This document shows, piece after piece, positions 15,334-27,228 of a stretch of DNA of 64,000 nucleotides (position 1 is its first letter; every line of letters starts with the position of its first letter). This stretch comes from the human T2T-CHM13v2.0 reference genome, Homo sapiens: NCBI RefSeq assembly GCF_009914755.1, contig NC_060938.1, one strand, 5' to 3'. Made by a program: the position numbers and the translations under genes. The notes beneath the pieces are model-generated. The model was not told the origin of the DNA. It did no database searches and saw only the letters and a program-made list of their open reading frames with translations.

Positions 15334-15378
<45 letters not shown>
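15334..15378 (+). repeat. (TG)n microsatellite at an Alu tail
   Basis: Perfect TG run of ~22 units. Confidence 0.97.
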
Positions 15379-15382
<4 letters not shown>

Positions 15383-15509
15383 GAGACGGAGTCTCGCTCT
15401 GTTGCCCAGGCTGAAGGGCAGTGGCACAATCTCGGCTCACCGAAGCCTCCACCTCCCAGATTCAAGCGATTCTCATGCCTCAGCTTCCCAAGTAGCTGGG
15501 ATTACAGGC
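15379..15509 (-). mobile_element. Alu right-arm fragment (5' truncated)
   Basis: ttttgagacggagtctcgctctgttgcccagg...gctgggattacaggc. Confidence 0.9.
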
Positions 15510-15640
15510 TTGTCAAAGGTACATGGAGACTTAAACCAGTTGATTTTGTGTCACTGGGGCATAAGTTTTGTTATTGTGCAGTACAGAACAGAATTTTTTC
15601 TTCCCCACTTTTAAAAGAAAAACAAGGCTTCAGTCAACTA

Positions 15641-15642
<2 letters not shown>

Positions 15643-15684
<42 letters not shown>

Positions 15685-15702
15685 GTGTGTATGTGTGTGT
15701 GT
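15643..15702 (+). repeat. (TG)n microsatellite
   Basis: ~20 perfect units plus a degenerate tail. Confidence 0.97.
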
Positions 15703-16147
15703 ATGGTTGTTGGAGGTGGGTGGGGGCAACCCTCACCAAAGTCTTCTAGCTTATTGGCCCAAACAAATAAATCTAGAATGAAGATCCAGATTCCAGGTAG
15801 CAATGTTGATTTTGGAGGAGATAAGGGTCCCTCTGCTTCTTATGATGGTCAGCTTGGTAGTGTAATTCCAATGCTTACGCTAGCTACTTGGATAACCCTT
15901 TTAAGAGGATAGTAGTATTTCCAGTTGTCCCCATCTATGAGGGTGGCTTAATATTACAGCCCTAGGATATCATCAGGATAACCCTGATGATTTTTTGTCG
16001 GTATGTATTTTTAAGGACAAACGTTTCAAAAATAATGTCAAGTCTGAAGGCCCTGTTAATGTTCACACTCATGCATTCTTGCGATTAACGTTAAACGTTT
16101 TTGCTAATACCTCTAACTTGCCTCCTCCTCTCATGAAACCTAACCAG

Positions 16148-16225
16148 AAAATTTCTTAATGAAAGCGATGATGATGTCGACCTTAACCTCCAGAATGAAG
16201 ATACTTCAGGACTTAGTCTGAGAAG
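16148..16225 (+). other. Candidate 78-nt exon (unverified)
   Basis: Branch-like ctaac at 16113-16117, pyrimidine tract, first AG at 16146-16147, donor AAG|gtaaga. Confidence 0.3.
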
Positions 16226-18620
16226 GTAAGATAGACGATGACATCAAATGTACCCCAGTTGGCAGAAACCCTTAATTTTGTGAAGTTAAAAGTAAGAAAG
16301 ACACAAACCTGACATTTCTTAGGTTTAGAAGATAGTCAGCATAGGTACTTGAGGTGTGAACCTAATTGTCTTGAAGATTTGAAAAGAAATGAGTAATAAT
16401 CATAATTTTGTGCCAGAGAATGTTCTTTGAAATATCTGCAGACTGGAGACAAAGCAGTTCTTCTCCTATATGGGGTTGTCTGAGCCGTTTTGCACCATTA
16501 TGTGCTTCGGAGATCCTTGTAATTACAAATTTAAGACTTAAATCTTCAGTCCTTCTTTATATTTCTAAACTACCCCCATAGGTATATTTACTTCTTTCTT
16601 TTGTCAAGCTTAAACATTTCCAATTACCTCAGCCTCTAAAGGGAAGTGTGATGGTTAAATTCCTGCACTAGTAATGACACTTATTAATCTAGTTCTGGTG
16701 AGAAATGTTGAACCTCTTGCCTTCCCAAATCATACATTTTAATTCTGAACACACCTCCAAAGAACACTGACATTGTTTAATTAAAATAAGAGTGCACATT
16801 AATAAGAAAGGATATCATTTTGTCATTTATATGTAATTCTATTTTGTTAAAAAAAAATCAACAGAGACTGGTAAGTTCCATAATTGCCCTCCATGGTGAA
16901 GAAATAAGTGTAGGAGAGAAGAAAAGCACAGTAAGACACATATGTTAGTAAAACACTCCTTAATACTACACAAGCTACAGAAAATGCTACTTTGCATTTG
17001 GTCCTCAACGTGGCTAACTGCAAGCCATTGAGTAAAAAGTGTACCTTTTAAACTAATTCCTTGGTCAGAAGATAGAGCCACATCTTGAAGCCTCCTCATT
17101 AATGTGCTATAATGGTCAAATAAGAGATTAATAGCAAAGTCACCTGCTAAAGCAACCAGGAACCTGTTGATTAACAATAAGCCTCCAAAAAATAAGATAC
17201 CAGATTGCAAAGCAAAATCAAGTCCCAGGGCAACAAGTGCTTCTGTAATTTATTCCTTCTTTATATGAGGGCATAAAGCTCCCTTTATAAATGTGTTTTC
17301 TAGGTCCTGCTGTGAGCTGTAGGTGTGAGCTTTTCAGCTGATTTATTAATTTTAGTTTCAATCAACGTGTCACCTGCAGACACAAAAATGTAGGCCTCAC
17401 CACAGAAAATACAATTTAAGGAAAAAAAAAAAAGAAAGAAAGAAAAAAATGGGGCTTTAATTCAAAAACTCTGCCAAGATTTTTTTTTTAAGATGAACAC
17501 TGGAACGCCTATTCTTTGAGATCTAAAATAATTCCCAGCAACGTAATTAAAAAAATCAAAATTAAACATTTTTGTCATACTTCGAAAGTCAGTCTTAGAC
17601 CCAGGGAAGAGTAACATGACGCTGCCAAAACAATCAGCTACTCTTGTCAGTAGGGGTACATTCTCCCCAAAGAATCGAATGAACAACAAGTCCCCTGGGC
17701 AAAATGTGCAAAAAATTCTCAATTAGTTGTCTTTATTTAGTGAGCACTATGGGGTCCTCAACCACACTATAGAATTATGGCAAGAAAGCTGAGCTCTTCA
17801 CTAGCTTATTAGCATTCTCAGAGGGTTGGAGTGCTGCTGATAGCAGGCTGTTGCCTCCAAGAGCTGTTGGTGGGACCCCTACACTCCCGGGCTTTGTCCT
17901 TTTGTCCTTCTAAGCCAGCAGGAAGTACTGCCCCATGTTCAGGGCATTCTGGGATACCTTCATTCCATTCACAGTTTGCATTACCGACAGGGGCCGAAGT
18001 CTTTGTTATTGACTATGACCATCACTGTTGCAGGTTTCAATGAAAAGCAAAAGCAATCTGTATCAGTCAATTCTAAATGAAGGTTTAGGAAGTAGCCCCC
18101 TTCCAAATGAACATCCTTGTAGGGCTAGAGTGGCCTTACGTGGCCAAAGCCCCATAGGAAATCAAGGTCTCGGCTTATAATCTGGCTGCTGCATTCTTTT
18201 CATCCGAAAACTACAGTGTTAGGCAAGGGAACCAAAATGGGAGTGGGCTAACGCATATTCCAGACTGGTGCCTCAGCATATACATTTTTACAGCACTCCT
18301 TTGCCCATAGAGCTCCCCCAACACCCTCCTTCCCACACAAACCCACCTATCCCTAACTACCCTTTCCCCAGAAAAAGAAAACCAGAAAGATGAACACAAT
18401 GAAAAAGAACTGGCAGCAACTATTAGAAATGCCTTTTCTAAAGAAGAGGGTATTTGCTGCTTTAGGGAAAACACTATCATTGACTAAATTAACAAGTTGT
18501 CTTATCAACTGCCATAAGCCTTGGAGTCTAATTAATTTAGTACTGATCAATAGTCCTGAATGAGGCATTGATTTCTGCCTGCTTGACAGGGCTGCAGCTG
18601 AAATCACTTTCTCTGTATGC

Positions 18621-18621
<1 letters not shown>

Positions 18622-18652
<31 letters not shown>

Positions 18653-18683
18653 CACACGCACACACACACACGCACACACACAC
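18622..18683 (+). repeat. (CA)n microsatellite, interrupted
   Basis: Seen directly. Confidence 0.95.
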
Positions 18684-19735
18684 GGGCACCCGAAGCTTAT
18701 GCGTTATCACATTAAGATTTTATTTCCCTCATCCCATATGGACATGAATTTCATGAACCAACTATAAATGAGGAAATGGGATGTAAAGCAACTTTGGAAG
18801 TAAGAACAGATTCACCAGAAAGTGCAAACAGAGCTTGAACACTCCCTGCCAAAGTTCTGCTTTCTTTGAAAATGTCCTCTGAGTGAGATAAAACATTTAA
18901 AAAGAAAAAAGAGAAGCTGAAGGGCTTTGCTTAAAATACATAGTAGATGCTCTAATTGGTCACGAAACATGTAAAAATGGATTGGGTTATCCAAAGAGTA
19001 ATATTCTTCTGTCTCTTGTTTTTTAAATGCTGATGATACTTTATTAAAAATATTCTGACCTAAAGAAATAAAAGCAGTAATGCTCTCTGGCCAAGGGCAG
19101 AAGCAGATGGGGAGCCTTTGATAAGAATGAAAACATGTGAAAGATCTACCCCAGATTTGTCTTTCACTGCTGCGATTGGTGAGCTAGGGGTGGGGGTGCA
19201 ATGAGGAGGACTTCCCACTCTCCCCACCCCCACACACACCAAAAAAAAAAAAAAATCAATGGGGATAATACTGGGACAGTATATGTTCAAAATAATTTAA
19301 GCATTTGACTTTTTAATTTTTACTTGGACTGACAAGATATTTATTCTATTAAGATATATATTCCAAAAAAGGGCTAGGTTTGCATCAATGTTTTCACATT
19401 TTCCTAGGACACAACCCTGCATTTTCTTTTGGGCCCCTGCTTGTTTTTGCGGCTGTTCATTCTCATTGTGCAAGGCCTCCTTTTGACACTCCTGAAAATC
19501 CCGGGACCTTCCCCTTAGGCCAGGCCACCGGACAGTTTTTTCTCCCATTCTTAAACATGACTTGAAATAAGAAGGACAGCAAAACTTTTCAAATATTTTA
19601 AAGATGATGCTTCAATTTCAAACAGGGAAGGAAGATAACTCAAGAGCTTGACTATCTCAGAACGATTTTCTATTCAATAAACATCACCAAGAAAAGGAAA
19701 AGGAAGATAGGAGAACTGAAAATATAAACTGCCTT

Positions 19736-20027
19736 TTTTTTTTTTTTTGAGACAGAATCTTGCTCTGTCTCCCAGGCTGGAGTGCAGTGGTGCGATCTCG
19801 GCTCACTGCAACCTCCGCCTCCTGGGTTCAAACAGTTCTCTGCCTCAGCCTCCCGAGTAGCTGGGATTACAGGCGCCCGCCACCACGCCTGGCTAATTTT
19901 TGTATTTTTAGTAGAGATGGGGTTTCACCATCTTGGTGAGGGTAGTCTTGAACTCCTGACCTTGTGATCCACCAGGCTCGGCCTCCCAGAGTGCTGGGAT
20001 TACAGGCGTGAGCCACTGCGCCCAGCC
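19736..20027 (-). mobile_element. AluS
   Basis: Full dimer; TSD aactgcctt at 19727-19735 and 20030-20038. Confidence 0.96.
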
Positions 20028-20140
20028 TGAACTGCCTTCTTTTACAGGTTGGAGAAACCATCTAAAATGATCAAAACAAAACAAGGAATTCATATTCTTT
20101 CCTGAGCATTTATTTAATACCATTTAGCTTTTTAAAGATT

Positions 20141-20187
20141 ACACACACACACATACACACACACACACATACACACACACATATATA
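20141..20187 (+). repeat. (CA)n/(TA)n microsatellite
   Basis: Seen directly. Confidence 0.93.
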
Positions 20188-21306
20188 TTTGAAAGTCCTA
20201 GGAGAGTCCCACCCTTAATCTCTTTGAGGCCTCTATGAGTTTCCATAGCACTTTACAAAAGATCTTTATTGAGGAAAGGATTGGACAAACTTTCCTTATA
20301 TGTGTGGCCCACACCATTAATTGCCCCATCTCCTTTAGTAAGGCCTTATTCCTATGTAAATACCCTTGCATAATGTTACAGGCTATTGTTAGGCCAGCGC
20401 CAGTCAGTCGCCACTTATATGCATTTTTACTTCAATCCGCTGCTCAGAGAATGAAAAGATGTCTGGACTTAAGCTGTTTACCAACTGGGCCGAAGCTGCA
20501 GAGCGGCAAAACTGAAGAAAGCCCCAAGCAACTGCAGGAACAAGCTTTTACAATGCGAGCAGCCATTTTCAGTTGAGTTATTAACCCACCCTGAAACTCT
20601 TCTAAGCTATGCCTTTTTTAAAGAACAAATGTGCTGAATCAAACATGAATGAGCCAGAACTATGAAGAGAGAAATCCTCTAAAGAACTATTGAACACAAC
20701 ATAGGTTTGTAATCATTTTGTCTCAGTTGCCTGCTACCAACATTATCAAGGATGATAATGCTGGCTCAGTTGAGGCAATTGTCTCATAATTAAACAATAG
20801 TGCGGTACAGTAAAAACACACATGCAAGCGACACACATTCCGAATCACAAAACAGTGTGCAAGGCTGAGTTAATAGCTCACCACCAGGATCTTACATTAA
20901 TTTGACTACTAAAACACAGTGATCTTTAACGAGAACATTGGAAAACGCCTCCAAATCCAAGTCTGTGTGATTCTCTCAACCCTATGTGGCATCATCTGTG
21001 CTTAAATAGAAAAAAAAAAAGTTTTTTTTTACTTTATAGTTGTAATGATCCCCCGGCATGACACAACATGAAAATAAAGGAGCAAAATTCTACCAAAGGG
21101 AGCTAGCTTTTTTCTCTGAAATATGTGCTACAGGCAAAGATCATTGTATGTATTTAATGGCATCACAATCTGAGTAGTGTGGTATTAGCCTAAAGAAACT
21201 CTTGACTATTTGCATGCTTATTAGGATCCAATGAGTACTTAATAAGTGGATATATATGACAGAAAACATCTCATTGCATAGTTAGTGCTACAGGAAAGAC
21301 GGGAAG

Positions 21307-21332
21307 ACACACACACACACACACACACACAC
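21307..21332 (+). repeat. (CA)n microsatellite
   Basis: Seen directly. Confidence 0.93.
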
Positions 21333-23210
21333 TCTGAAGAAAGCAGTCTTGAGTTAATTAACATCACAATGCAATCAAGTACAACAGTCATAGCTGAAAA
21401 CCATTTCTATTAAAGCTGCTAGACTCAACCTTGCCTCTGCAGGTCAGCTATGGCACTGATAACCTTTCCAGCAGACAAATACATGTAACATCGCCTCATC
21501 TAATTAAAAGCTCAGGGAGGTGTAGAAAAATACCAGCACATTGAATCCAAGCAAATGAGTGCTGCCTTCGGCTGATGAAGCTACCATATGCTGCTGCTGT
21601 TTACTCTGGAAGGAAACTGAGTCACTTAACATTTCAATAGGTTAATCAATTGACAATTAAATAGAGAAATTGGTTAACTCTGAAAACAATTAACATGACA
21701 CGCCATTAAGTACACTTTCTAATTGCCACAGCTGTGAGTAGAAATTACGTGCATGTTAAAGGATCTAACTGGGGTGGCACTGTTTTTGTGTGTGTGTTTA
21801 AGAAAATGGAATTAGCTGAAAAGTCGGGTTTTACTTTTATAGATTAGACAGTAGGAATTCTATCATCAACTGCCGTTTTAGCAGAGGGGAGCTATGTATG
21901 CTTTTTCCTTCTTTTAAGGACTCACTTCAAGTTGTTGAAATATTTAATTTGCAATAATTAATTAAAATAGCCCAAACCCCTCCCACCAAATTACAGGTTG
22001 GTGAACAAAAAGAGAAATCGCTCCCTTTGCCCATTTTGTGGACAGAATTACTTTGCAGGAACAGGTATATTTCAAGATTTCCTTTCTAATTAAACAATGC
22101 AATGCACACATTGTAAAGACAGAATTTTCACTGAACATTTTCATGAATGGTTTCTGGTTGTTGGCTGTATCCTGAACCTTACTGTAAAATGGTAACAATA
22201 GTGTTTGCTAGTCACAATTTTAAATTAGAAGGCCAAGAGTTTGGATTTTATAGACTAATACACATGCCTGCTATAGCCAGTTGGTAAGACAAAGAATATT
22301 CATTTACAAAAGAGGTGATAATTTAAGTAAATCATAAATCTTTTGATGTATGTTAAAAGCCAAATACATATTTTTGAATGAAAGAGTATCTTTAAGAACT
22401 GATTATCAAAATTATTTTATGTAATCTCTCCCCCCTCATCCTCCTTACTACCTTTTTGGATAACTTTACTATCTCTGGATGCTCAAAGATGAATAGGATA
22501 AATCCTACTTTTAGGGACTGATGGTCTGGCAGTGGGGAGAGTAGCACTGGAGGAGAAGAGGCTAAAGGACTTAGTGAGCTGGTGCAAGAGAGGAACACTA
22601 AGAAGACTGAAAGTTTTCTAGTTTGGACCCCTGGTTTGGTAGGGAGATTATTAATCAAAATAAAGAAGGAATGCAGGTTAGGGGTGGGGTGGGGATAACA
22701 GATAGTAAATTTAATTTAGGACATCCTGAATTAGAAGTGTCATAGGTGCAGATGTCAACTAGGCAATTAAACATATATACATATACACACAAGTATTTAC
22801 ATAGTATATTTACACGTATATATGTATTTATGTTATACACACACATACTATATATATGTGTATATATATACCTGAAACTTGTGGACTAGAGATTTTTGGG
22901 AGTTGTCAGACTATTAGCAGCCACCCGCTAAAAGTCTGGACACCTGGTTTAGTAGTGAGGTCATTCATCAAAATAAATGAGCAGGTGGCTGCTAATGATA
23001 TGGAAGTAGATGAGACTGTCTATGGAGAACACGTACAATATGAAGAATAAGAGAAGAAGGCTGAGAACAAGATCTTAGGGAATACCGTTATGAACAGGGT
23101 AGACAGAGGAAAAGCCAGCAAAGGAAACTGGGAAGAAAGAGGAAAAAAAGGAGAATGAAAAGAGAGTTGTCATGGAAGTCAAGGGACAAGAGAATGACTA
23201 CTACCCATGG

Positions 23211-23785
23211 TTAGGTAGGAGATCAGCAGGACATGTTTTCCAAGCACTGGTCACGAGATCCTGCTCAAGAAAACAGGAGCTGATCAAAACGATTTGCAAC
23301 AAAGGAACTGGTCAAAACCAGCTAAACCCAAGATGGCAATGAAAGAGACCTCTGGTTGCCCTCGTTGCTAGTTGTATGCTAATTATAATGCATTTACATG
23401 CTAAAAAAAATTCCCACCGGTGCCATGACAGTTTACAAATGCCATGGCAACTCCTGGAAGTTACCTTATATGGCTTAAAGAAGGAGGTAGCCTCGGTTCC
23501 AGGAACTCCCAGAAGGTTCACAAATAGCCCACTCTTTATTTAACATATAATCAAGGAATAGCCATTATATAGCTAGCCAGCAATCTACGAGGGCTGCTGC
23601 TTCTGCTGCTGCTACTACTGCTTCTGCTGCTGCTACTACTGCTACTGCTACTGCTACTACTCTGTCTATAGAGCAGCCATTTTCCTGTACCCTGTTTCTC
23701 TAATAAACTTGTCTTTGCTTTGCTTTGTTTGCTCGTTTGTGAAGTCTCTCCTGTGCAAAGCCAATTTTGAAGTTGGGCTGCATCA
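23211..23785 (+). mobile_element. MER41-family ERV1 solo LTR
   Basis: caagatggc...gctaattataatgcatt...gccatgacagtttacaaatgccatggcaac...ggaagttaccttatatgg...taataaactt matches the recalled MER41 consensus; ends in CA. Confidence 0.85.
23594..23661 (+). repeat. (CTG/CTA)n compound trinucleotide repeat inside MER41
   Basis: Seen directly. Confidence 0.92.
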
Positions 23786-24250
23786 AAGGGGTCTAGTAAG
23801 AAGCTGGCAACTTAGAATATGGCAATTTGGAAACACTGGTGTCTTGGTGATGGTTGTTTGGTTGGCATGATGAAGGCTGGAGTCAGAACATCATCCCCAC
23901 GGGAGAAAAGTTAATGGATGATGAGGAAGGAGAGATGTTGGACTACTTTGAGAAGCTTGATTATGAAGGAGAGGGACAGAGCAGTGGCTTAAGGACTGCA
24001 GGATGTGAGGACAGTTTTGTTTAGGTCTGAGTTTGGAAATAATTGAAGATAGGGCTATATTCAGATGACCCAGAATGGAAGATGGAGGTTCTGACTGCTG
24101 ACTGCTGGCGTTTGTGTGTGTGTGTGTTCTAAAGTAGAAGATGAAGTCTGGGGGCTTCAAGGATAAATGATTCAGAATTGTTGTTGAGAGACTCAGAAGA
24201 GGTATGTGACTGAGATGGAGAAAAAGGATTATAATTGAAAGGCTATGTGA

Positions 24251-24543
24251 GGCTGGGCGTGGTGGCTCACGCCTGTAATCCCAGCATTTTGGGAGGCCGA
24301 GGTGGGCAAATCATGAGGTCAGGAGATCAAGAACATCCTGGCTAACACAGTGAAATCCCGTCTCTACTAAAGATACAAAAAAAAAAAATATAGCCGGTTG
24401 TGATGGTGGGCACCTGTAGTCCCAGCTACTTGGAATGCTGAGGCCAGAGAATGATGTGAACCCAGGAGGCGGAGCTTGCAGTGAACCGAGATTGCGCCAC
24501 TGTACTCCAGCTGGGGCGACAGAGCGAGACTCTGTCTCAAAAA

Positions 24544-24586
<43 letters not shown>

Positions 24587-24589
24587 AAA
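24251..24589 (+). mobile_element. AluY-like with (AAAT)n tail
   Basis: Y diagnostics (ggctaacac, ggcggagcttgcagtg); 13-bp TSD gaaaggctatgtg. Confidence 0.95.
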
Positions 24590-24711
24590 GAAAGGCTATG
24601 TGGAATTGGAAACAATATCCTCATGGTCATACTCATCTGCATTGCATCTTGGACCATGCAGACAAAAGCCACCCTTGATAAAAGCAATGGGCTTTTCCTT
24701 TAGGGGAATTC

Positions 24712-25540
24712 TTCATTCACGTATGTATTTATCATTCAACAAATATTTATGAATGCTTGCCATGTGCCAGGCACCATTATAGGTCTCCACCAGCAGTGGT
24801 CCCCAACCTTTTCGACATCAGGGGCCAGTTTCACAGAAGATAATTTTTCCATGGACTAGATGGGGGGATGGTTTGGGGATGATTCCAGCACATTACATTT
24901 ATTATGTACTTTATTTCTGTTATTATTACGTTGTAATATATAATTAAATAATTATACAACTCACCATAATGTAGAATCAGGGGGAGCCCTGAGCTTGGTT
25001 TCCTGCAACTAGATGGTCCCATCTGGGGGTGATGGGAGACACTGACAGATTATCTGGAGTTAGATTCTCATAAGGAACATGCAACCTAGATCCCTCGCAC
25101 ACACACAGTTCACAATAGGGTTCGTGCTCCTATGAGAATCTAATGCCACCGCTGATCTGACAGGAGGTGGAGTTCAGGCAGTAATGCAAGTGAGGGGGAG
25201 CAGCCGTAAATACAGATGAAGGTTTGCTCTTTGCCAGCTCCTCACCTTCTGCTCTGCGGCCTGTTCCTAACAGGCCGTGGACTGGTACTGGTCTGTGGCC
25301 CAGGGGCTGGGGACCCCTGGTCTCTAGGACGCAGTGATGAATAAGACAGACAATGTCCCTGCCCTCAAGGGCTTGAAAAGAATCCTATTTTAGTTACAAT
25401 AGTTTCACCCTTAGGAAGTGATATTTGAGCCTTTTTCTGAAGGTTGTGAAAGACCCAGCCAGTAAGGATCTGGTGGAAGGGCATTCTAAGAGTTAGGGGA
25501 ATAGAGGATTTCTTGAAGTTGAAGAACATAGGTCCATATA
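24712..25540 (-). mobile_element. L2 3' end, interrupted by MER1A
   Basis: cattcaacaaatatttatgaatgcttgccatgtgccaggcac...[MER1A]...gaataagacagacaatgtccctgccctcaag. Confidence 0.75.
24794..25319 (-). mobile_element. MER1A (hAT-Charlie), full length
   Basis: Termini cagtggtccccaacc ... ggggacccctg; 526 bp; internal ttagattctcataagg, cctatgagaatctaatgcc. Confidence 0.92.
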
Positions 25541-25939
25541 AAACATTGTTTCCTACTTCATAAGGTCTTACTATTGTAACATACACGTAAAATAAATTAT
25601 GTGCTATCTTGAGTTTATCCTAGTAATTCAAGTTTGTCTCCCCAATGAGTGGGGAAGGTATACTTAAGAGCAGGGGTAGTATCCTGTATCTATGTTGTAT
25701 ATAACACTTCCAAGCAATGCTGGTTATAGAGCAGACACTTAAAATACTGTTTTTCATCCTTGATCAGTGTGCAACATGAGTTTTATGAGATACAAATGTA
25801 GTAGTTGTAATTTTTTTAGCTTGCTCTTGGGAGCTCTGTGTGGTCTTCAACTAAGAAACCATGCTTATGGCACAAAGGCCAGTTGTCATGTAAGATCCCT
25901 TTCTTGTAGGGCAATAGTCACAGATTTTTATCTGTACAC

Positions 25940-26320
25940 AAGATTATCTAGGAAAAAAACAAAATTTCCCAGTCTTTTTTATAGCTACATGTGGCTAGAT
26001 GACTAGGTTTTGAACAATGGAATATGAAGAGAATGGTGTATGCAACTTCTAAGAAGTGATATTGAAGAAAAAGGACACTCCTTTTCTTCTTCCTCCTCCG
26101 TTTGTTTACTTGGACCAGTTCCTTAGGGGTGGATGTGTTGGTTGAATTGCCATCTTGGACTATGCAGACAAAAGCCACCCTTGTGAGCAAAGTGGAAAGT
26201 GAGAACAGCCTGGGTTGCAGATGATCAAGGAACTGTCATAGCAACCTTGAATTGCTTGCACCTTGACTTTTACATAAAAAAGAAATAAACTTATATTTTG
26301 TTAAAGCCATGTTTATAAAA
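25940..26320 (+). mobile_element. MLT1 (MaLR) LTR fragment, MLT1J/H-like
   Basis: atttcccagtct...gtggctagatgactagg...caatggaatatga...gccatcttggac...aaataaacttatattttgttaaagcca. Confidence 0.65.
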
Positions 26321-26325
26321 CAGGC

Positions 26326-26617
26326 TATTTATTTATTTATTTAATTTTTGAGACAGAATCTCACTCTGTTGCCCAGGCTGGAGTGCAGTGGCTGGAACAC
26401 AGCTCACTAGAGCCTCAACCTCCTGGGCTCAAGTGATCCTCCTTCCTCAGCCTCCTGAATAGCTGGGAATACAGGCGTGCACCACCACACTCAGCTAGTT
26501 TTTTAAATTTTTTAGTTTTATAGGGATGGGCTGGTTTTGAACTCCTGGGCTCATGGATGCTTCCACCTTGGCCTCCCAAAGTGCTGGGATTATAGCCATG
26601 AGCCACCACACTTGGCT
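26326..26617 (-). mobile_element. AluJ
   Basis: Antisense dimer with J diagnostics. Confidence 0.93.
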
Positions 26618-27069
26618 GGCAAATTATTCTTCTAACTATCCTATCCTATCCTGTGCTATGCTATGTATTCTACCCTAGGTTTAAATACAAAGCTAGCAAC
26701 CATGCAGCAGACATTGTTTTATGAGCCCATCGATTATGTGATATAATATTTGTCATAATATTTTAGGAATAAATTGGTTCTGAATGATCAAGTGAATCTC
26801 AACTACATGTAAATCCCAACACAATGACTGTCATTGTTTAAAACAAAGCTATTTGCATGTGCCAATGGATGGATGACCATAATAAGTCACTTTTGTATGC
26901 ATTCATATGGCTATGGCACATCTGGGCCCATTTTCCTTATCATTGATATCTTGTCCATGTAAACATACGAAAATTCATACGATGATTAACCTTTCTTGTG
27001 GGAATGAGTCCATCAAAAGCATGAATTTTGCTTTATTTTCATATTAACAAGCATCAAGAAAGGATAAGA

Positions 27070-27182
27070 TTTTTTGTTTTTATTTTTTAATTGTTTTTGA
27101 GACAAAATGTCTTGCTTTGTCACCCACTGGAGTACAGTGGCACCATCATGGCTTACTTCAGCCTTGACATCCGGGGCTCAAG
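27070..27182 (-). mobile_element. 5'-truncated Alu fragment
   Basis: T-rich tail plus ~80 nt of right arm; imperfect flanking repeat aggataagattttt / aggaatgagattttt. Confidence 0.8.
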
Positions 27183-27228
27183 GAATGAGATTTTTAATCC
27201 TTTTTTTTTTAAAGCAATATTCACTGAC

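Larger units (their letters stand above)
22500..24240 (-). mobile_element. Degraded L2, interrupted by MER41
   Basis: ttaggacatcctgaattagaagtgtc...gtagatgagactgtctatggaga...catggaagtcaaggga, resuming ~23790; purine-rich antisense L2 character. Confidence 0.6.

Noticed and set aside
16168-16221. Box C (ATGATGA) to box D (CTGA) snoRNA-like layout
   Set aside because: Only 54 nt, no convincing terminal stem, no recognisable rRNA guide; likely chance.
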